A stretch of 53,190 nt of DNA, counting the filler, from Sphacelaria rigidula (Eukaryota): assembly GCA_964200075.2 (NCBI GenBank). It is 2 parts of 2 records of this genome, joined end to end, with 100 filler letters (N's around TTAATTAATTAA, not from the genome) between each part and the next. Parts side by side here need not be neighbours in the genome. Positions count along the whole stretch, not along the records: positions 26,659 to 53,190 come from CAXNAA020000134.1; 1 more part is not named here. One strand, given 5' to 3'. The notes under the pieces were generated by a model. It saw nothing but the letters and a program-made list of their open reading frames with translations, did no database searches and was not told the origin of the DNA. A program made the position numbers and the translations under genes. Positions 46,105 through 53,190 of this stretch are shown here, one piece after another. Every line of letters begins with the position of its first letter. The first letter of the stretch is position 1.

Positions 46105-47248
46105 GTGAGTCTGGGAAACGAATCACGGTGTGTGGGAGCAGGGGCGATATTCGAACTACCGAGAATAATACCATACAGTATCTGGTCTACTTATAGGACG
46201 GCACAGAGGATATGGTGGGCCCCGCCTCCCTTTGAATGAAACACCGAGATACTTGGATCTGGGGCGGGCGGTTCTACCCCCTGCAGTGGGTTTTACGCCA
46301 ATGCTTTATCATCTCCGTCCCTTCATCGAGGACATCCACATTGCGAGCACAAACCTCGGAAACCTGGGACGCCGCCCAACCGAATGTGAGTCGAAAGTTA
46401 TCAGGATATCATACATCACGTGAGAGCATTTGTGGGCATGTTTTGCGTCCATGCGGACGTTTCGGAAGGCGGTTGTTGTGTTAAATTTGCCAAGATGATT
46501 CGTTTATTCGGAATTTTATTGCCGTTTAATCTCCTTCTGAAAGTAAGCCCCATATACATTTGCTCCTACAGAACAAAGGGTCCCGGAGACAAAAAGTGCA
46601 AGCCCTACCGTAGCATTGCTCTTTACCTCAGCGCAGCGGCAGTCTGGTTTTTCGTCGGGCTTGTATCTCCATTCAAGCTGCCTTTTGTGTCTGGTTCAGC
46701 CTCAGTATGAACGGAGAGATCGGGCATGATTCGGACTTCGCTGGTTACTGCGACCATCAGTGGAGCTACTCGTAGGCACTTGGTTCCTCTTTCTGATGAT
46801 CGCTCTGTTGAACACCGCACATTTATTCATCCTCACGTCTTCCATTACTTTTTTTCAGACATGTGTAAAGTGGTCATTCACACTGCTGTGATTACCGTAT
46901 GCCAAAGCTTTTGCCAGGCCAGGTGCCGTAGCTGCCGTGTCTACCGGTATGCCATGGTCAAGTAGGCTCGTCTGTTTTTCTCTCTCCAGAAAACGTCTGA
47001 CATGTTCAAAGCAATGGTGGATCTCATAAAGGGCCATGGGCGATGACACCAGAGTGCCGCCGAGCCTTTCCGCTACGTCTCCCAAGGTCCCTGTTGTGCA
47101 GTCGCATTAATTCTGTGCATGTTGCCATTTTCTTCGATTATTCGTGTAGTTATTTGATTTTGGATAATTGTTCCGGTTTTAGGATTACTCCCTTCTGATT
47201 TCCCGATATGTTTTCACTCGCGTTTCAATCATACTAGTGTCGGCGTGT

Positions 47249-47374
47249 ATATCCCCTCCGGACCCCACTGACGATTTTTTATTGTGTGAATCGGGATCAT
47301 TTTCAGTCATTTACAAGTCAAAATGATGCCGATTCACACCAACAAAAATCGCAAATGGGTTCCCAAAGGGATAT
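47249..47374. mobile_element. Hairpin MITE, copy of the 44303-44404 family
   Basis: atatccc..gacccc..gtgtgaatcgggatcatttt ... aaaatgatgccgattcacac..gggttc..gggatat. Confidence 0.7.
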
Positions 47375-48373
47375 GATCAAGGGCCCAACGGGAGATGTCC
47401 CAGACGTCGACCCACCCCTCCGACCTCCTTGCCGATTGTGGGTTTTTCCTGTCCGTATCGTGTTACACGAGTTGGTTGACCCCTTTAGGGTCTGCCCTAG
47501 ACGCATATCAGTGCTCTGTGCTATGGACTTCTTGCGGGGCAAGGGGATACAACAGACTGGCCTGGACTATTGTTCTATCGAGGTACTTGTGCACGGGTTT
47601 CGCGACCCTGTCTGGGTCTCTGCTGAGCGCGCATGAGTACTCGGTCTTATCCCTACACCACTGTGGTTCGGGAAGTAACAAGGAAAAATCAGCTTTTCTT
47701 TTCAGTCTGGGCACTGTTCCACGCGTCGATTGACCCACTCCGGGTCTGTGCTAGGCGTGAACTGATGCTCGGTTCTATCATGAAAGCGGCTATTGTCGGG
47801 GGGTGACGAAATACTGTCACTGCTTCTTGTTTTGTCCGGGTGTTGGCAGACCCGTTGTTTGAACCCACTGTGGGTCTGCATTAGGCGTGAACCACACTCC
47901 GGTCGTTTTTCGATGCTTTAGAAGATTCTCAAGGACCACCCTTAAAGACGCGATGCATACTCAATTTGTGAAATCCCGTGTTCCTTGTAAAACTGTCTCG
48001 GTCGACTGTTTCCCCGGCTCTGACTACTTTAATTTGCTCTGTGGCGCCAGCAGGTCGCTAGTATGCAGCGTCTAATGCTGTTGAGGGACTCCCCAGTTCC
48101 ACTGGCCTCAGGTTTCAGTTGTTAGCCTTCACAACACCTTTTATTATCCTGAAGTGCCACACAGGCACATGCTCCAGAAAACACATCAGGGTATCACCCC
48201 CGTGTCCATGTCATCATCCATATCAGCACTACATATCCCAAGTCATCATCCAATCATCACTATATACTCAACGTGACGGCTCGATTTCGTCTCAGCACCC
48301 CCAAAGCGCTTTGGACGAGAATCGAGCAACAAGCTTGACACTCGGAAAAATAACGCCAAAACGATTGAACAAG

Positions 48374-50990
48374 TCACAACTGAATAGAAAACTCACGCAT
48401 AATGCGAGCAGCAATGGAAGGAGTCACTCGCACCTTACGCAACTCTTTTTTGAGAAATTCCGGAGCGGCCTCGAAAATATTTTTAAAAGGCTCCCACGTA
48501 CGCTCCTCGGCTTCAAACCCAACCCAGTCGACCAAGACGATCAACAAACGATCCTCTGCCTTTGCCACGCGAACAATCCCAGCCACCTGAAAAAATTGCC
48601 CCTGGTTGAAGGCGTGCTGAAACACATCCTTCACGTCTGCCGTTACATAAAGCTGTGAGTCTGCATAAAACCGCAGACGAGCGACATGGGCGGTCTGAAT
48701 ACGACCAAAAACAATGTTTTCGATCTCAAACACATGCGGGTGATGAGCACCGACCACTCTTCACCGATCAGTCCACGTCGCCATCAATTTAGGATTAACT
48801 CCCGGGCGACGCACGCGTGCATACAAAACATAATCGCTTACCTCGAAATTCGGCAATCCCAGCCCCGACGAAGACCCCTCACGTCTACGCGCACGTTCAG
48901 CGGCAACACGCTCCTGCGCTCGAGCGCGGAAACTTTCCTGCAACGCCAACACTCCTTGCAACTCACGCTTCAGTTGCGCATCGTCTAAGACATCACAGTT
49001 CCACTCCCGCGCCGATGAGGACGCCAAAACCGAGAAAGACGTCCGAGGTGTACGACCAAACATCACATGTTACGGCGTACTATCGTATCGACGGCGATGT
49101 GCTGTATTTAACGCCCATCGCACCGCGGGCAACACGTCCACCCACTCTGTCACCACTCGACGCTGCTCGAGAAGAATAGATCGAAGAGCACGAAGTACTC
49201 CCTTGACCATGCGTTCGCACGTGCCTTTAGACCACGGAGAATAGGCCGCCACAAACCGGTGATCAACGTGTAATGCCTTTCGCAAGCGGGTCAAGATCGT
49301 GTTCTTGACATGCGTGGCGGTATCACTCACCCACACACTCGGCACCCTCAAAGTTTTGCATCAATTCAGCAAAGATGCAGCAATCGATTCAGCAGTACAC
49401 ACTGCTACTGGTTCCAGAGCCACGAAGTTGCTCGAATCATCCATGATTACCAAAATGTATTGAAACCCAGCATCCTCCGACAAACCTTGGGAAGCTAGGG
49501 GGCCACTCTCGCCCATGTACTACATAAAGTCAAAATGAACGACTTTATTCGGCATGGTCCCATGGACCGTTTCGCTGAGCGGGCGGGGAACAACATCGCC
49601 CGCCCTCGAGTCAGCACAGTGAACACACTGGCGGACAAATTCGCGCACATGAGTTTCTATCCCCAGCCAGACACGAACGTCTTGCAAGCACACGAGCGTC
49701 GCAGCCACACCACGATACGCGGCGTCGCGTATGTGCACGCAAATCATCAGACGTACCTGCGACTGCTTGTCAGAACTCGAAATCCACAAGACGTTCCCGC
49801 CACGCACATGCACACGAAACAGACCTTCATTGTCCAAGATAGCAGTACCAACGTCCGACTCGAAAGATCGTACATCCGTATCTCCGGCCCCAAGATCTTT
49901 CCGTTGCGCTTGGCGGACGGACAACAGATTTGGACGGCATCGAGTCATGAGGTTCACACGGATCATATACAGTCACAGCGCGCACAGGCATTTGAATTTC
50001 AAATGTCGGCACCTGCATAACCAAACTACCCCAATGGCACTCAAATGCATCCGGAGACATTGACACCTGACAATCAGGACAAGGGTGGAACAGCGTCACG
50101 GCATGAGCCACCAAATCCTTGGCTGACGCCCACGCCTGCAGCCTACCCTCCGTCCACGATGCAGCCTTCTTCGGAAACGCCATATCTAGACTGGACCACC
50201 CCGGCTGCAAATTCCGTAACGCCAACCCGAGCGCCAAAAGAGCCACCATGCACAACGCCAACCAACTCGGCTTCACTGGATCGTACCGCCGCGGCGACGC
50301 CCCAGGTTTTGGCTGAACACGCATGGGCTCCGCGCGCGCAGGAGAATCACCTCGCAGCGCACGACGAAACGCGTTGACGCGCCAATGCAATATGCCGCGC
50401 AGGCGCTCCGCTTTTGAGGAGCTGAGGCCGGTCGCCCCAGCATCCGTCACGCTCTCCTCCAGCGCGATCATTCGCGCGGCCTCCTCTTCCGCCGGCTCCA
50501 TAAACATATCAAGGCAACGCTTCACTAAGCGTTCCACCGCCTTATTACGCTCCTCGGACACCTGCCCCCCCGGCAAGCTCACTCTGCGACTGGCCAAAGA
50601 CGCAGGCGTCTCGACACTTGAACCGGGCGACGGCATTTGCGTTTTTAGCGACTCTAACAGCCAATCATACGGGTCGACTCCGAGTTTCCGAAACGTCGGT
50701 AAGCCCAACAGAACGAAACCATCCGTCCCCGGCATGATCGCAAACGATATCGGGGGTAATTTCGCTGTCCCCCAGGTCGTCCTAAACGCCAACTGTAGGG
50801 GAATCCCACGCTCCGTGACATTGACACGTTGCCCCCATGCGGTGATGGCCTGCCGCGCCCCGTGCAAGGACGAATGCGGATCTTCTCACCAAGGAGTAGA
50901 CGCTCCAGCATCTCCACAATCAGCACCGACACGCTCGTGAAATGGGCGCCTGGATCCAGCACAGCGTTGACCGATATGGCTCCCCGCGCC
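48374..50990 (-). pseudogene. pol: Frameshifted pol: protease (LDPGA), RT/RNase H remnants with RT core missing, integrase and chromodomain
   Basis: Integrase motifs H..(Y)RG...VREFVRQCVHC, VVHFDFM, WVSDTATH.KN, AYSPWSKGTCERM, W.DVLPAVRWALNT. Chromodomain VLVDWVGFEAEERTWEP. Multiple stops and frameshifts. Confidence 0.9.
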
Positions 50991-51390
50991 CCTTGATTTT
51001 AGGAGATAGAACTCTGCAGGAATATATTTTTCTTGATCCCCGACCGGCACCTGCTCCGCCGACTGATTTGTCGTGATCCCCACTTGGCGCCACGGCTGCG
51101 CTTGCGGCGCAGGCATAGACGCCCCCGCTGGGGTAAACGGCACCGCCGGCAGAATCAAATTGAAGCGGTACTCCGGCCGACGCAGCGGCGGATCCAAAGT
51201 TCAGCTGAAATCCGGCCGGCTCAGCAGCAGGCGTCTCGCCTTGCTCTGCTGCCGGCGGCGCCGGCACCGAGCCCGACTCTTGAGTGGTCGGTCCCACCTA
51301 CACCGCCCGTTGCGGAGCAGCAGTCCCTGCAGCTGAGCCGGACCCAGAACCGGACCCCTGCTGCTGCTGCTGCTGGGACCGGGAACTCGA

Positions 51391-52314
51391 CTACACACCT
51401 CCACCGCTGGAGGATCCGCCTCCGCCTCCACCCCGATTACCTTTTTCTCCTTCAAGACTGCCAGGGCGCGCGGCACTTGTCTGCCCAGACTCCCCCTCGG
51501 CAGGCGTTGGGCACTTGCGTGCGTAGTGGCCTACCTGGCCACACTGAAAGCAAGTGATATTGGCGGCGGCACTGGCTGCGGATTTGGATCCGCGGTTACG
51601 CGAGCTCGAAGACTGCGGCGACGAGGTGGATGGTTTCCCGAATACTTCAATCTTCCGCCATGCCTGAGCCCCAGCTATCACGGTGTCCATAACTAAGTAC
51701 AGGTCTGACTTCCAATTGGTTTCGTGCTGTAATTGCACAAGCACGGCCTGTTTGAATTCCACCGGTACCGGACCCTCCACCATCGCTTTCGTGATCACCG
51801 CAGCGGGCCCTGGACGGAGTTTTTCATCGGAGGAACGATGAACCATCTCGACGTTGGGATTTTCCGAAAAATCTGTCTCCAACTTTCCCATGATTGGCTC
51901 CACCCTCTCACGCATGGTCTTACCCTTGTGGTTCATAGCAACAGACTTCGCCACGGCCGCGAACGCCTGGGTTAGCTCTACCTCAGCGCCCGCCGCATGC
52001 CCTGCATGCTTCTTGATCGCTGCAGTCAATTTCAGCGGCGTTATTGTGTTCTTCTCATGGAATCTTCTCGCGAAAACGAGTTGGAGGGAGTCAGGCACGA
52101 GTTGCGCCATGGATACCAGCTGATGCCTTACCGCACCCCCCGCATTCGCATGCTCCATCCGCTTCTTGTACTCCACACATTTCGTATAAGACAAACGAGA
52201 AGCACACTCAGAATACAAATTCTCGTAAGTGGGAGGCCGCAACTCTTCTCTCAGAACAACTGGGGTTACGGTCGTCTCCGCTGGCTCTTCGGTCAGTACT
52301 TCTGTAGTCGACAT
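51391..52314 (-). CDS. gag: Gag of the gypsy element with CCHC zinc knuckle
   Basis: 307-aa ORF containing CFQCGQVGHYARKC (51511-51552). Confidence 0.8.
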   Translation of the reverse strand: MSTTEVLTEEPAETTVTPVVLREELRPPTYENLYSECASRLSYTKCVEYKKRMEHANAGGAVRHQLVSMAQLVPDSLQLVFARRFHEKNTITPLKLTAAIKKHAGHAAGAEVELTQAFAAVAKSVAMNHKGKTMRERVEPIMGKLETDFSENPNVEMVHRSSDEKLRPGPAAVITKAMVEGPVPVEFKQAVLVQLQHETNWKSDLYLVMDTVIAGAQAWRKIEVFGKPSTSSPQSSSSRNRGSKSAASAAANITCFQCGQVGHYARKCPTPAEGESGQTSAARPGSLEGEKGNRGGGGGGSSSGGGV

Positions 52315-53190
52315 TTCCGAGCGGACCTAATCAAAGGCTTCTAAACCTTCTCGGGCTCCACAATTCACACCTGCCTTCGTCGCCGCACCGGCACAGCCGT
52401 GGGGTCCTGTAAACACCCGCTGCACGCAGGTCCAGCAAGTCTCCAGTCTGGATCAATCACGGGCCAGTCGTCTTTGCAGCCACCTCAGCTTGAACCCTCC
52501 TCACGCGTCCATGAAGCAATATTTCCGAAGCTGTCCAGACCCCTCCCTACTGAAAAATTTCCAGCAGTCACTAACGATAGCACTACTAGTACGACTAGCA
52601 CTCATATCGATATTGTGACGCCAGCAGGTTGCTAGTACTGCAGCATCTAATGCTGTTGAGGGACTCCCCAGTTCCACTGGCCTCAGGTTTCAGTTGTTAG
52701 CCTTCACAACATCTTTTATTTTCCTGAAGTGCCACACAGGCACATGCTCCATAAACCACATCAGGGTATTACCCCCGTGTCCATGTCATCATCCAATCAT
52801 CACTATATACTCAACGTGACGGCTCGATTTCGTCACAGCTCTCTTTTGCAGCTGAGGAGTAAGAGGCGGAGACTATTTGTTTCCAAACCCTAGAGACCAC
52901 TTTTAGAACACTTGATCTACTCATCTGCGTTGTGCATGGGGTTTTAGATTAAGCTTTTGATTATCCATGATCCCCGAGCAAGCTGAGGTATCTCCATCTC
53001 GACGACAACCTTCTAACGGGTAAGGGAGGTGCCGTCTAGGCAACATGTAACAGTGGGTTCTTAAAACTAGGGTTGAAAAACAAAATGAGGTTCAACTCAA
53101 GAGCCGTGCTTTCCCTGACCTAAATTCATGACAAATGACTTTCATATGGACCACCCCATCCCTCCCGACCTCCCCAAAACAATTTCGAGG

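Larger units (their letters stand above)
35117..46165 (+). repeat. Tandem array of 12 intron+LRR-exon cassettes (~255-264-bp unit), interrupted by two TE insertions (37658-41720 and 41869-45706)
   Basis: Exon starts at 35239, 35501, 35763, 36027, 36291, 36555, 36818, 37079, 37334, 37596, 45771 and 46033. Introns are clearly homologous between units. Confidence 0.95.
48040..52837 (-). mobile_element. Degenerate Ty3/gypsy LTR retrotransposon with chromodomain-bearing integrase; 3' LTR 48040-48294, 5' LTR 52614-52837; 4-bp TSD GCTC
   Basis: Near-identical LTRs with TGTGRCG...CGTCWCA termini. gctc occurs at 48036-48039 and 52838-52841. A PPT-like gggggtgc lies on the minus strand next to 48294. 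Domain order on the minus strand is gag-PR-(RT/RH remnants)-IN-chromo. Confidence 0.92.

Overview
Eukaryotic, intron-rich and transposon-dense genomic DNA. It is most likely a brown alga (Phaeophyceae, Ectocarpus-like), inferred from the 72-nt phase-1 LRR exons, long introns and TE types. Nearly all entries in the supplied ORF track are spurious, because the real genes are spliced. The window is two pieces joined by an artificial 100-bp spacer at 26559-26658 (44 N + TTAATTAATTAA + 44 N). The left piece holds the 3' LTR of an LTR retrotransposon, four exons of an unknown Cys/His zinc-finger-like gene, several copies of a tRNA-derived SINE, many MITE/foldback elements, and the first 7 coding exons (257 aa) of an Hsp110/SSE-type Hsp70 that stops at the join. 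The right piece holds three divergent 72-nt LRR exons and a tandem array of 12 near-identical ~263-bp intron+exon LRR cassettes. The cassette exons vary mainly at the predicted solvent-exposed residues, and each intron carries a conserved 36-bp 14-8-14 palindrome. The array is split by a non-autonomous LTR element inside exon 10 and by a TIR element. A degenerate chromodomain-bearing Ty3/gypsy element lies near the end. The LRR cassette array with its intronic palindromes is the best candidate for an interesting system (receptor diversification).
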